From an uncultured Acidobacteriaceae bacterium (GTDB lineage Bacteria; Acidobacteriota; Terriglobia; Terriglobales; Acidobacteriaceae): DNA of 64,000 bases. The translations under genes and the position numbers were made by a program. Below, piece by piece: positions 1 through 9,080 of the stretch (position 1 is the stretch's first letter; every line of letters starts with the position of its first letter). The notes below the pieces were generated by a model. It saw only the letters and a program-made list of their open reading frames with translations. It did no database searches and had not been told where the DNA came from. The DNA lies in NCBI GenBank assembly GCA_963827765.1, contig CAWHBX010000002.1, positions 912,684 through 976,683 on the forward strand. Reading direction: 5' to 3'.

Positions 1-1
1 A

Positions 2-1957
2 GTGGTGGAGCGCATGGAGGGGCCAGCGCCCTCCACTGGGATCACTGCCGAAGAAGGGGCGGTCATTGTGGAGGAGCTGGAAGCGACCGCGCCGGTCATC
101 GATCAGTCTTATCCCGACGACATCGCGGCCGCGGTGCGCTCGGCGGTCACCGATGCGGACCTGTTTCTTTCTTACAATTTGCTGGACAAGGCGGTCGTAC
201 CCCTGCTGGGCGCTTTGCCGCAGGCGCCGCTGGATGCGCGCCTGAACCAGCGCCTGGCCGCTCTTCATACCCGCTTCCAGCGTTTTACCGAAGCCGCCGT
301 CTGCTGCCGCACACTGGAAGGCGTGTACCGTGACGCGGGCCACCCTGACGAAGCAGTGCGCTACGGAGAATTGGCCGCGCGCTACGAACAGAGCGCGGAA
401 GCCGCTCCTATCGGCGCCGATTCATCGGCGATGGCTGCACACACACTCGCTTCACCGGTCGCGGTTGGGCCCGAGATCCAGACCGAGGCTGAAGTTTCGC
501 CCGCGGCCTGGCGGATGGTCGAGCCCGCCACTTCCGATTCCGAAGTGGAGGCGGCTGCGCATCCGGAATTCGCCGTCCATGAAGTAACGGCGCCCGCGTA
601 TTCCGACGCACACGATCTTTCTTCCGAGTGGGAGAATTCTTTTTCCAGCGACGGGTCCACTCCGGCCGAAGAACCGCCGGCTGCCATCGAAGCCGCTGCC
701 GATGTGGTCGCAGACGCGGATGTTGCTGCGGTCATAGAAGTAGGCGCAACCGCCGATGCGAACGCTTCCAGCAATCCCGAGATTGCCGAGACGGTCGAAG
801 AAATCCGTTTCTATATCGAGCACTTCATGACGGACCAGGCCCGCGCGGGGATCGAGAAGCTCGAATCCCTGACCAGCGATACCCGTATTCTCGGTCCGTT
901 GCGCGTTGCCATCGAAGCCAACGGGCTGCCGCCGTCCGAGCCGGAAGCGGAAGTCACGGAGATCGAAATGGCGGAGATCAATGCCGACGATCCCGCAAAT
1001 TTCGAAGTTGAAATGGAACCCCAGGACGGGTCCGATTTCACCACCTCGCCCGATCTGATGGCTGGGCACCACCACCTAACCCAGGATGCGGCCCCGGCGG
1101 AAGCCGAGCCTAAACCCATCTATCCGGAACCGGCCTATGAAGAGCCCGCTTACGCGGAAGCCGAGCATGCGGAGGCCAACGATCTGAACGCGTTTGTCGC
1201 GGACCTGGAAGCTGCGCTGGGCGATTCTTTCTTGCCAGCGCCGCCGCCGGCTGCCCAGCCATCCATAAGTCAGGAACCCGACACTCACGTGCTGCCGGAT
1301 TGGCCGGTATCGCCAGCGCCCGCCGGAACTTCCCAGCCGGAATTCCCGCCCCTGTCGCATATCGAAATTCCGGCTGCCCCGGCGGCCGCGATTGCAGCAT
1401 CGGCGGAAGGCGCCGCAACCGCCGCCGCTCCCGCTCCTGCAATGAGCTACAGCCCTACCGCCGTGCGTCCCTTGGGTGCCGGAGCGCAGGCCATGCATGC
1501 CTCTGGCAGCGTCGATCTTTCGGAGATGTTCGGGGAGTTGAAACAGGAACTCGAAGAAGAGATGATGGCGGGCGATGACGATCCGGAAACGCATTACAAT
1601 CTGGGCGTTGCCTTTCGCGAAATGGGCCTGCTCGACGAAGCCATTGCCGAATTGCAGAAAGTTTGCACTTCGATCGATCGCGGCAAGCCATTTTCGCAGC
1701 CCGTCCAGACCTACACGTGGCTGGCCCAGTGCTTCCTCGATAAAGGAGTGCCTGACGCCGCCATTCGCTGGTATGAGAAGGCGCTGAATATCGCCGGACT
1801 CGATGAAGAATCGCGCATGGCCATCAACTATGAACTGGGATCGGCCTGCGAATCTGCGATGGACAAACCCGCCGCCCTGCGACATTTTACCAGCGTATAC
1901 GGCTCGAATATAGATTATCGCGACGTGGCCGAGCGCATTCAGGCCCTGAAGTCGTAG
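2..1957 (+). CDS. TPR repeat protein, 5' end cut by the window edge. Long acidic Pro/Ala/Glu-rich low-complexity region, then C-terminal TPR repeats.
   Basis: The frame is open from the window edge. The C-terminal segments HYNLGVAFREMGLLDEAIAELQKV and AAIRWYEKALNI look like TPR units. Confidence 0.7.
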   Translation: MVERMEGPAPSTGITAEEGAVIVEELEATAPVIDQSYPDDIAAAVRSAVTDADLFLSYNLLDKAVVPLLGALPQAPLDARLNQRLAALHTRFQRFTEAAVCCRTLEGVYRDAGHPDEAVRYGELAARYEQSAEAAPIGADSSAMAAHTLASPVAVGPEIQTEAEVSPAAWRMVEPATSDSEVEAAAHPEFAVHEVTAPAYSDAHDLSSEWENSFSSDGSTPAEEPPAAIEAAADVVADADVAAVIEVGATADANASSNPEIAETVEEIRFYIEHFMTDQARAGIEKLESLTSDTRILGPLRVAIEANGLPPSEPEAEVTEIEMAEINADDPANFEVEMEPQDGSDFTTSPDLMAGHHHLTQDAAPAEAEPKPIYPEPAYEEPAYAEAEHAEANDLNAFVADLEAALGDSFLPAPPPAAQPSISQEPDTHVLPDWPVSPAPAGTSQPEFPPLSHIEIPAAPAAAIAASAEGAATAAAPAPAMSYSPTAVRPLGAGAQAMHASGSVDLSEMFGELKQELEEEMMAGDDDPETHYNLGVAFREMGLLDEAIAELQKVCTSIDRGKPFSQPVQTYTWLAQCFLDKGVPDAAIRWYEKALNIAGLDEESRMAINYELGSACESAMDKPAALRHFTSVYGSNIDYRDVAERIQALKS

Positions 1958-2043
1958 AATGCACAAAGTGGGTTCGAAAATTGCTCTGGGATGCCGCCTG
2001 GTCCCGCGCCCTACCCACGGCCTTACTAAAAACGACGCGTGCC

Positions 2044-2412
2044 ATGACTTCCGATCCCAAGCTAAACTTTGACAGCGATCCCGCCAGTTTCGGGGAACTC
2101 AAATCCCCAGCGGAAATGCCTGTCGCGGTGGTTGCAGTGCCAGCTTCCGTTTCCAGGCCGTCGCCTTCGGCCGCGCGTCTGTGGCTCCGCCGCATTGGAG
2201 TGCTTCTGTTTGTTTTTCTGTGCGCGACGCTCGGAGTGATGCTTATGATTTTGCCCTGGCGGCCCGAATGGTCCGACAACCCTCTGCTCCTCCCGTATCC
2301 CATGCTCCGCGCCGTGGTCGCCAGCGGTTTCGTGCGCGGTGTCTCGACCGGCTTGGGGGTGCTCAATGTATGGATCGGATTTTGGGAGGCCATTCAATAC
2401 CGGGAAGAATGA
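2044..2412 (+). CDS. Hypothetical small membrane protein
   Basis: Taken from ORF 1981..2412, with a likely start at MTSDPKL (2044). It has a hydrophobic segment IGVLLFVFLCATLGVMLMILPW. No recognisable family. Confidence 0.45.
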   Translation: MTSDPKLNFDSDPASFGELKSPAEMPVAVVAVPASVSRPSPSAARLWLRRIGVLLFVFLCATLGVMLMILPWRPEWSDNPLLLPYPMLRAVVASGFVRGVSTGLGVLNVWIGFWEAIQYREE

Positions 2413-2524
2413 AGAATTGTGGGGAAATTGGTAATTGGTAATTTGTAATTCAAAACCAAGACGCTCATGCGGACTGAACGGGTTCAAATTACAAATTACA
2501 AATCACAAATTTCAGTACGGCTCA

Positions 2525-3424
2525 ATGATTCAACTTATGACCGATCAAAAAAATAAGCCCGCTCCCCTTGCGTATCAGAACGAACCATTTCTCAGCAGCC
2601 CCGACGGAAGAATTCTGCGCTTGCTGTCGGAGTACAGCGAGCCGCTCTCGCGCTTCCGCCGCGAGCAGATCCAGGACACGGTCGTCTTCTTCGGCTCCGC
2701 CCGCATCCACAGCCGCGACAACGCCAGCAACCGCATGACCGAAGTGCGCGGCAACGGCGCTCACGTCTCCGCCGCGCAGCAAGCCCAGGACATGAAGCGC
2801 GCCGAGGCCGCCGTGGACATGGCCCGCTATTACGAAGACGCGCGCCGCCTGGCCTTCCTGCTGACCGAATGGTCCACTCAGATCCCCGCCAAGCGCCATC
2901 GTTTTGTCGTGACCACCGGCGGCGGCCCGGGCATTATGGAGGCCGCAAATCTGGGCGCCCACGAAGCGGGAGGAAAAACCATCGGCCTCAACATCAACCT
3001 GCCCTTCGAGCAGTATCCGAATCCCTATATCACGCCTTCGCTCAACTTCGAGTTCCATTATTTTTTCATGCGCAAGTTCTGGTTCGCGTATCTGGCCAAA
3101 GCGCTGGTGATTTTTCCCGGCGGCTTTGGCACGCTCGACGAATTTTTTGAAATCGTCACTCTCGCCCAGACGGAGAAGCTGGCCAAGAAAATTGTCGTCG
3201 TCGTCTATGGCAGCGACTACTGGAAGAAGATTGTCAATTTCGAAGCCATGGTGGATGCCGGCGTGATCTTGCCCGAAGATCTCGATCTGTTCAAAATGTC
3301 GGATTCGCCGGAGGAAAGTTTCGAGTACCTGAAAGAAGGATTGACCAAATACCATCTGGTTCCGCAACAACCCAAGCGCACCGGCGAAGCGGCCGTCCCC
3401 GAAATCGCCAAGACGCGGCCGTAG
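2525..3424 (+). CDS. LOG family / TIGR00730-type Rossmann-fold protein (cytokinin riboside 5'-monophosphate phosphoribohydrolase-like)
   Basis: Motifs GGGPGIMEAANLGA and PGGFGTLDEFFE are present. The ORF is callable from 2435, but that stretch is a repeat hairpin, so the start at MIQLMTDQ (2525) is preferred. Confidence 0.85.
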   Translation: MIQLMTDQKNKPAPLAYQNEPFLSSPDGRILRLLSEYSEPLSRFRREQIQDTVVFFGSARIHSRDNASNRMTEVRGNGAHVSAAQQAQDMKRAEAAVDMARYYEDARRLAFLLTEWSTQIPAKRHRFVVTTGGGPGIMEAANLGAHEAGGKTIGLNINLPFEQYPNPYITPSLNFEFHYFFMRKFWFAYLAKALVIFPGGFGTLDEFFEIVTLAQTEKLAKKIVVVVYGSDYWKKIVNFEAMVDAGVILPEDLDLFKMSDSPEESFEYLKEGLTKYHLVPQQPKRTGEAAVPEIAKTRP

Positions 3425-3504
3425 CGAATGGACACCAGCGAACCGGCCCCATGGAGACGCGGCTTGCCGTGTTTTTCGCTGTGTTCGTAGTACGCTAAGA
3501 GCCG

Positions 3505-4200
3505 ATGGCGGACCGCTGTCTGCTGTATTACATCACCGGACGAAGCGAGTTTCGCGGCGACGAACCAGCCCGCCGCCGCGTCCTGCTCGCAAAAGTCGCC
3601 GAAGCCGCGCGCGCCGGCGTTGACTACATCCAGCTCCGCGAAAAAGATCTGGGTACAAGAGAACTGGAAATGCTGGCACGGGACGCCCTAAGTGCCGTGC
3701 GCAACAGCACTCCACCGAGAACTGAGAACCAAGAACTGAGAACTCGCCTCCTCATCAACTCTCGCACCGACGTCGCGCTCGCTGCGGGAGCCGACGGCGT
3801 TCATTTGCGCGCGGACGACGTCGCACCTCATGACGTGCGCGGGGTGCTGGAAGTTTCTACCCACCGGCCACTGCCCACCGGCCACTTTTTCGTGGCCGCC
3901 TCCTGCCACTCAGCCGCCGATGTCTTGCGCGCCGAATCGGAGAAGGCTGACTTCGCGGTTTTCGCTCCGGTGTTTGAAAAGAAAGACGCTCCTTTGTCTT
4001 TGAAAAACGCCCCGCAAGCGACGGGCCTTGCCGCCTTACGGGAAGCCTGCCGCGCGAAAATTCCCGTCCTCGCTCTCGGCGGCGTCACGCTGGAAAACGC
4101 CGCATCGTGCCTAGACGCTGGGGCCGCCGGTGTGGCCGGTATCCGATTGTTTCAAGAAAATAAAATTGAAGACGTCGTCCGCGCACTGCGGGCGCTCTGA
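3505..4200 (+). CDS. thiE: Thiamine-phosphate synthase family protein (ThiE/TenI-like)
   Basis: Family-typical segments DYIQLREKDL, GADGVHL and IPVLALGGVTLENA..AGAAGVAGIRLF. It contains an in-frame repeat-derived insert (see findings). Confidence 0.7.
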   Translation: MADRCLLYYITGRSEFRGDEPARRRVLLAKVAEAARAGVDYIQLREKDLGTRELEMLARDALSAVRNSTPPRTENQELRTRLLINSRTDVALAAGADGVHLRADDVAPHDVRGVLEVSTHRPLPTGHFFVAASCHSAADVLRAESEKADFAVFAPVFEKKDAPLSLKNAPQATGLAALREACRAKIPVLALGGVTLENAASCLDAGAAGVAGIRLFQENKIEDVVRALRAL

Positions 4201-4225
4201 CACCATGAACACGGGGACCATACCC

Positions 4226-4867
4226 TCACAAAGCTGGTCCGTAGTACCGATAATGCCCCGTGATTTTCCAATTGAACAGCACATCTTCGATCCGGGGTCC
4301 CTGCCCGATGTTGTGTTCGATCATGTAACGTCCGCTTGCGCCCTTGCGGTCAACCACAATTCCAATGTGCGGCACATTGCCGCCAAGATCGTAGGTGACA
4401 AGATCGCCGGGGCTGTAATCTTCCGGGTGGGTGGTGATGGGCAGCGTCTCGCCTTTTCTCTGGAAGAAGACCATCAGATTTGGAACACGGCGGTGATCGA
4501 TGTTGCTGTCAGGTTTCCCCAAAATCCACTTCCACTTTCGCGGATATGCCGAGAAATTCCGCACCATATCCTCGTGCACCTCCTTCTGCAGATCGATGCC
4601 CAAAGCTCGATAGGCACGCACCACTTCGTCAGAACAGACGCCTGTGTCCGCCGGGACGTCTCCTCCCGGATAAGGAATACGCACATAGGCCGGGTCATAA
4701 CGAACCGAATGATTTGTACGTTCAGTCGCCGCGCTCACCAATCGCCGAAGAAAATCTTGCCGGGACGCAGACACTGTGGAAGCGTCCTGTGTCCACGCGC
4801 AGGAACATGCCATCACGACGACGAAAGTGAGGAAACGTGTCCGCATCATCATCCACTCCGCGCTCAT
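4226..4867 (-). CDS. DUF1287 domain protein, secreted
   Basis: N-terminal signal-like segment. RYDPAYVRIPYPGGDVPADTGVCSDEVVRAYRALGIDLQKEVHEDM matches my memory of DUF1287. Confidence 0.75.
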   Translation of the reverse strand: MSAEWMMMRTRFLTFVVVMACSCAWTQDASTVSASRQDFLRRLVSAATERTNHSVRYDPAYVRIPYPGGDVPADTGVCSDEVVRAYRALGIDLQKEVHEDMVRNFSAYPRKWKWILGKPDSNIDHRRVPNLMVFFQRKGETLPITTHPEDYSPGDLVTYDLGGNVPHIGIVVDRKGASGRYMIEHNIGQGPRIEDVLFNWKITGHYRYYGPAL

Positions 4868-5099
4868 TGAATTTGAAATTGAAATTTACATTAACATTTT
4901 AGTGTGCGAATGCGGAGATTGTTACGGTTGTCGATCGAAGCTTGCCAGTGCAGGCGGGCATAGCTGTCCGGCTGGACGGGTGAGGGCGCCCGTCTCTCCA
5001 CCGATCGCGCCGCACCTTCCACCCGGTCGGCAGCGTATCAAGTTGCGGTGTAGAATAAGCCGTTTGCGGTTCTAATTCCGCACTTCTAAGGAAGCTTCC

Positions 5100-6170
5100 A
5101 TGCCCACCACCACTTCCATGCCCACCACCATGTTCGCAGTGGTCAAGCCGGAAGCCGCGCCGGGCGCGGAGATCCGCGAAGTCAAAATTCCCGGCTACGG
5201 ACGCACCGAAGTCTTCGTCAAAGTCAAAGTCGCCTCCATCTGCGGCACCGACCTCCACATTTATGAATGGGACCGCTGGGCCCAGAGACGCATTCATCCG
5301 CCGCTCATCCCCGGACACGAATTTTGCGGTGAGGTGGTGGCCTTCGGTGATGAAGTTACCAGCGTCAAGGAAGGCGATTTCGTGTCCGCCGAAATGCATG
5401 TGGCTTGCGGCAAGTGCCTGCAGTGCCGCACCGGCGAAGCCCACATCTGCCAGCACGTGAAAATTATCGGCGTCGATTCCGACGGAGCGTTCGCCGAGTA
5501 TGTCGTCATCCCCGAGGCGAATATCTGGAAACTCGATCCGGCGATCCCGCAGGAGTACGCATCCATTCTCGATCCGCTGGGCAACGCCGTACACACGGTG
5601 CTGGCCGGAGAAATCGCCGGGAAAACCGTCGCCATCACCGGCTGCGGTCCCATCGGCCTGTTCGCAATCGCAGTGGCGCGGGCCGTCGGCGCAACCACTA
5701 TCTTCGCCATCGAAATCAACGAACACCGGCGCAAACTCGCGACCAGGATGAACGCCGACTACGCGCTCGATCCCTCCAAGGAAGATGTTCGCGCCATAGT
5801 CGCGGAAAAAACCGGGGGGCTCGGCGTGGACGTGGTCCTCGAAATGGCCGGCCATCCCGATGCCATCCGAACCGCGTTCGATATCGTGCGGCGCGGCGGT
5901 CGTATCTCTCTACTCGGTTTCACCTCGAAACCCATCTCGCTTAATTTCTCCGAAGACATCATTTTCAAAGGCCTCACCATTCAAGGCATCAACGGCCGCA
6001 GAATGTATCAGACCTGGTACCAGATGACCGCTTTGCTCAAGAGCGGACGCCTCGATCTTCATCCCGTAATCACCGACCGCATCCCGATGAAAGATTTTTC
6101 GAAAGCGATGGCGCGGCTGAAATCGGGCGAAGCCAGCAAGATATTGGTGTATCCGGACGGAACAAAGTAG
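5100..6170 (+). CDS. tdh: L-threonine 3-dehydrogenase (zinc-dependent MDR family)
   Basis: VKVASICGTDLHIYEWDRWAQ, the GHEFCGEVV zinc-ligand region and the GCGPIGL NAD fold are present. Length is 356 aa. Confidence 0.9.
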   Translation: MPTTTSMPTTMFAVVKPEAAPGAEIREVKIPGYGRTEVFVKVKVASICGTDLHIYEWDRWAQRRIHPPLIPGHEFCGEVVAFGDEVTSVKEGDFVSAEMHVACGKCLQCRTGEAHICQHVKIIGVDSDGAFAEYVVIPEANIWKLDPAIPQEYASILDPLGNAVHTVLAGEIAGKTVAITGCGPIGLFAIAVARAVGATTIFAIEINEHRRKLATRMNADYALDPSKEDVRAIVAEKTGGLGVDVVLEMAGHPDAIRTAFDIVRRGGRISLLGFTSKPISLNFSEDIIFKGLTIQGINGRRMYQTWYQMTALLKSGRLDLHPVITDRIPMKDFSKAMARLKSGEASKILVYPDGTK

Positions 6171-6176
6171 TGGAGT

Positions 6177-6246
6177 GTCGTTCGTCGTTGGTCGTTCGCG
6201 CTCCGTTGCTCGATTCCGTCTTACCCAATGACTAACGACGAACGAC
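6177..6246. repeat. Hairpin with short-word stems (gtcgttcgtcgtt / aacgacgaacgac), directly after the tdh stop
   Basis: The left arm (6177-6198) is the reverse complement of the right arm (6227-6246), by hand comparison. Confidence 0.7.
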
Positions 6247-6299
6247 TAGACCACGTCTGTCGCCTACGGCTTCACCGTTACCATCACAACGGAGTGCCG

Positions 6300-6435
6300 C
6301 GCCGCTTTTCGAAACCATGGGGTTGCGGTTGCGGCACAATATCTCCCCGTTCGTATCCACTAAGCCGGCGGCGACTTTTGCTCCGCCAATGTCCAATCCG
6401 ATCACCAACCCGTCGCGTACCGCAACGGAAGCCAT
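6300..6435 (-). pseudogene. N-terminal fragment of a ROK family kinase/repressor gene
   Basis: MASVAVRDGLVIGLDIGGAKVAAGLVDTNGEIL resembles the ROK N-terminal ATP-binding motif. The frame then runs into repeat sequence and stops after 67 aa. Confidence 0.45.
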
Positions 6436-6616
6436 GCGTTATTTATTGCGCGTCTGACTCGCCCGTACCGGTTTTGAGCCCTTGAACGCGCAATACACAA
6501 TTAAGAGTAGCAGAGGATGGGAAGAATGAAATCGTGGTGAATTCCGATATGGTCCGCGATCGCGTCTCGCGCGGCTTCTGCCATAAAATTAGGACTATAG
6601 TAAAACTGTAGTACCC

Positions 6617-6706
6617 GGAGAGGTGGCCGAGTGGTTGATGGCTCCGGTCTTGAAAACCGGCATACCTGAAAGGGTATCGGGGGTTCGAATCCCTCCCTCT
6701 CCGCCA
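6617..6706 (+). tRNA. tRNA-Ser (anticodon UGA), class II long variable arm, encoded CCA
   Basis: Hand-folded cloverleaf: acceptor GGAGAGG/CCTCTCC, anticodon stem ccggt/accgg with loop cTTGAaa, T-loop GGTTCGAATCC. Confidence 0.9.
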
Positions 6707-6740
6707 GAGCTCGATTGTATTACTCAAGGAGCAGTCGCCG

Positions 6741-7298
6741 CGCAGCGTCTACAACAAATTTGAAAACGTGATGACGTTTTTGAAGGCGCAAGGGATTCGC
6801 GGCTTGGTGGGCAAAAACGACTGGCCACGCTACACGGAAGAAGAACCGGGGATTTACGAACGGGAAGAACTCAATAAGCTGTTCGCTGTCTGTGGCGCGG
6901 AAGAACGGCTCTGGTATGAATTTTTTCTAATGACGGGCGAGCGCGAGCAGGAAGTGATGTATACCGAGTGGCCGGACATCAACCTCGCCGGATCAATCGT
7001 TCGCGTCACCCACAAGCCGAACAGAAACTGGACACCGAAGGCCGACAAAAAGTGCGGTCTGGTCTTCCCCACCGCTGGTTGCAACCCGAAGCTCAACTTC
7101 TTCGACAACCCGAAATCCGTGGCCGAACGCGCGAAGCTTGGCAGATCCTTCCCTCTTGTCGAGTGGCACCCACTGCGCTCGGCTGTCCCTACGCGGGCAT
7201 CTTGGACGGGCGAGGATGCCCGTTGCTCCGCGAGCAGCTTGTTGCAAATATTGGGCTTACGGGTGGGAACTCTGGAGGGTGTTCCGGAGTCTAAGTAG
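6741..7298 (+). pseudogene. Degraded tyrosine recombinase (phage-type integrase) gene abutting tRNA-Ser
   Basis: RSVYNKFENVMTFLKAQGIRGL...LWYEFFLMTGEREQEV...LVFPTAGCNPKL is integrase-like. The N-terminal third is missing, there appears to be an internal deletion, and the C-terminal HxxR/Y catalytic region is absent. Confidence 0.6.
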
Positions 7299-7371
7299 TT
7301 AGGCGGGTCGAGTCGTTGGTAATAGCTCTGGCAAAATTAGGGTTCCCGCCTGGGCAGGGAGTGACTCTATA

Positions 7372-8190
7372 ATGGAGGGCAACGCCGTCATGGCGGGAGC
7401 TACTACATTGGGCGAACTTGCCAGCGCTATCGGGGTCGGGGCCGGGGAATCCGCCATCATTGCTGAACTGAAGGCGGGTTCGGAAGAGGCCTATTCGTGG
7501 TTGATCGGCGAATTTCAGCAGCCGATCTACGGGCTGATCTACCGCATGATGAACGATCCGTCGGATGCGGCGGACACGACCCAAGAAGTGTTTCTGAAAG
7601 TGTTCCGGGGGATGAAACATTTCCACGGCGAGTCGAGCTTGAAGACGTGGATTTACCGGATCGCATTGCACGAGGCGGCGAACCGGCGGCGGTGGTGGTT
7701 CCGGCATAAGGCGCAGGAGAGGCCGATCGAACCGCCAGCGGCGGAGGGAGAGGAATTTTCCGGGGAAGAGCGGCTGGCCGACCGGGGCGAGTCTCCGCTG
7801 GAAAAGTTGGCGCACACGGAAGTGCGGGAGGCGGTGGAGCGGGCGCTGCACGAGGTGCCGGAGTTGTATCGGACGGCGCTGGTGCTGCGCGATCTGGAAG
7901 ACATGTCGTACGAGGAGATCGCGGAAGTTCTGGCGATTTCGCTGGGAACGGTGAGGTCGAGAATCACACGAGGACGTGACGCGCTGCGCAAGAAATTGAC
8001 CGAGTATGTGCGGGAAGTGGGTCCGGAGTTGGGGTTGCTGGCTCCGGCGAGAGTTGCTGACCACGTGGCTGGCAGAGTTACTGGAGAAGTTGCCGGCCGA
8101 ATCATCGGCAAGGATCGGCGGAAAGGCGCAACCGAGAGTTCTTCGCATGAAGGTTCGGGTGGTAGCAGAGAGACTGAGGTGAGGCAATGA
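7372..8190 (+). CDS. ECF-type RNA polymerase sigma-70 family factor with a C-terminal extension
   Basis: Region 2 (DAADTTQEVFLKVFRGMKHFHGESSLKTWIYRIALHEAANRRRW) and region 4 (LRDLEDMSYEEIAEVLAISLGTVRSRITRGRDAL) are present. Confidence 0.85.
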   Translation: MEGNAVMAGATTLGELASAIGVGAGESAIIAELKAGSEEAYSWLIGEFQQPIYGLIYRMMNDPSDAADTTQEVFLKVFRGMKHFHGESSLKTWIYRIALHEAANRRRWWFRHKAQERPIEPPAAEGEEFSGEERLADRGESPLEKLAHTEVREAVERALHEVPELYRTALVLRDLEDMSYEEIAEVLAISLGTVRSRITRGRDALRKKLTEYVREVGPELGLLAPARVADHVAGRVTGEVAGRIIGKDRRKGATESSSHEGSGGSRETEVRQ

Positions 8191-8858
8191 AGTGCGCTGA
8201 GATGAGGAAGTTGTTTTCGCCGTATCTCGATGGCCGGGCGAGCGGGCCGGAAATGCGCGCGCTCACGCGCCATGTGGAGGAGTGCGCCGGTTGCGCGAGG
8301 GAGTATACGGCGACGCAGCGGGCACAAGAATTGCTGTCGAGTTTGGGTCCGAAGCAGGCTCCAGCCGATTTGGGGTTGAAGTTGCGGGTGGCAATTTCGC
8401 GGGAGGTGGCGCAGGCGCGGCGCCCGCGGTTTGAAGGCACGCTGGTCAGACTGGAGAATGCACTCAACGCATTCATGGTGCCGGCGACAGGAGGACTGGT
8501 CAGCGCGGTATTGTTCTTCGGGTTACTGCTGGGCTTCTTTGCCTTGCCGGGAGCACTGCGGGCGAGCAGCGGAGACGTTCCGCTGATGTTATACACGGGG
8601 CCACAACTGGAACGGTCGGCGTTTGGCACGTCGCTGGGGAACATGGGTGACGATGCGCTGGTGGTGGAAGCCTATGTGGATGCCAACGGGCGAGTGGAAG
8701 ATTACCGCATCCTGTCGCAACCGGACGAGGCGCAGGCGGTGCTGCCGCAGTTGAAGAACCTGCTGATTTTCACGACGTTTCGTCCGGCGCTCTCGATGGG
8801 GCGACCGACAACGGGGACTGCGGTGCTGTCGTTTTCGAAGATCAGCGTAAAGGGGTAG
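8187..8858 (+). CDS. Anti-sigma factor: zf-HC2 N-terminus, one TM segment, TonB-C-like C-terminal domain
   Basis: HVEECAGCAREY matches the H-x3-C-x2-C motif. The start overlaps the sigma stop (ATGA). The C-terminus VEAYVDANGRVEDYRILSQ...FRPALSMGRPTTGTAVLSF looks TonB-C-like. Confidence 0.7.
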   Translation: MKCAEMRKLFSPYLDGRASGPEMRALTRHVEECAGCAREYTATQRAQELLSSLGPKQAPADLGLKLRVAISREVAQARRPRFEGTLVRLENALNAFMVPATGGLVSAVLFFGLLLGFFALPGALRASSGDVPLMLYTGPQLERSAFGTSLGNMGDDALVVEAYVDANGRVEDYRILSQPDEAQAVLPQLKNLLIFTTFRPALSMGRPTTGTAVLSFSKISVKG

Positions 8859-9080
8859 CGGGACGTTTACGGTCGAAATATTCCATCCAGCATCGTCGGG
8901 GGACTGCAAACATCGCCCATCTTCAACACAATCGGTTAAACCAGTAGCGAGTCAGGTTCCGAGTTGTACGCGATACGACCGAAATCCGAACCCAGCCAGT
9001 CCGGGTCGTGAGTGCTATGGCTTGTTAGCAAATACGACGGTTTTGGCACTCTGAGTTTTGGTGTCTAATGGAACGTCAAG

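Noticed and set aside
4130-4870. 246-aa ORF on the + strand
   Set aside because: It is fully antisense to the DUF1287 gene, has no recognisable motifs and a His/Arg-rich composition typical of antisense frames in high-GC DNA. The minus-strand ORF has a clear family signature.
4899-5855. 318-aa ORF on the - strand
   Set aside because: It is antisense to tdh, which is unambiguous. Its Gly/Asp/Arg-rich composition is a mirror-frame artefact.
6443-6727. 94-aa minus-strand ORF
   Set aside because: It spans the tRNA-Ser gene on the opposite strand and is spurious.
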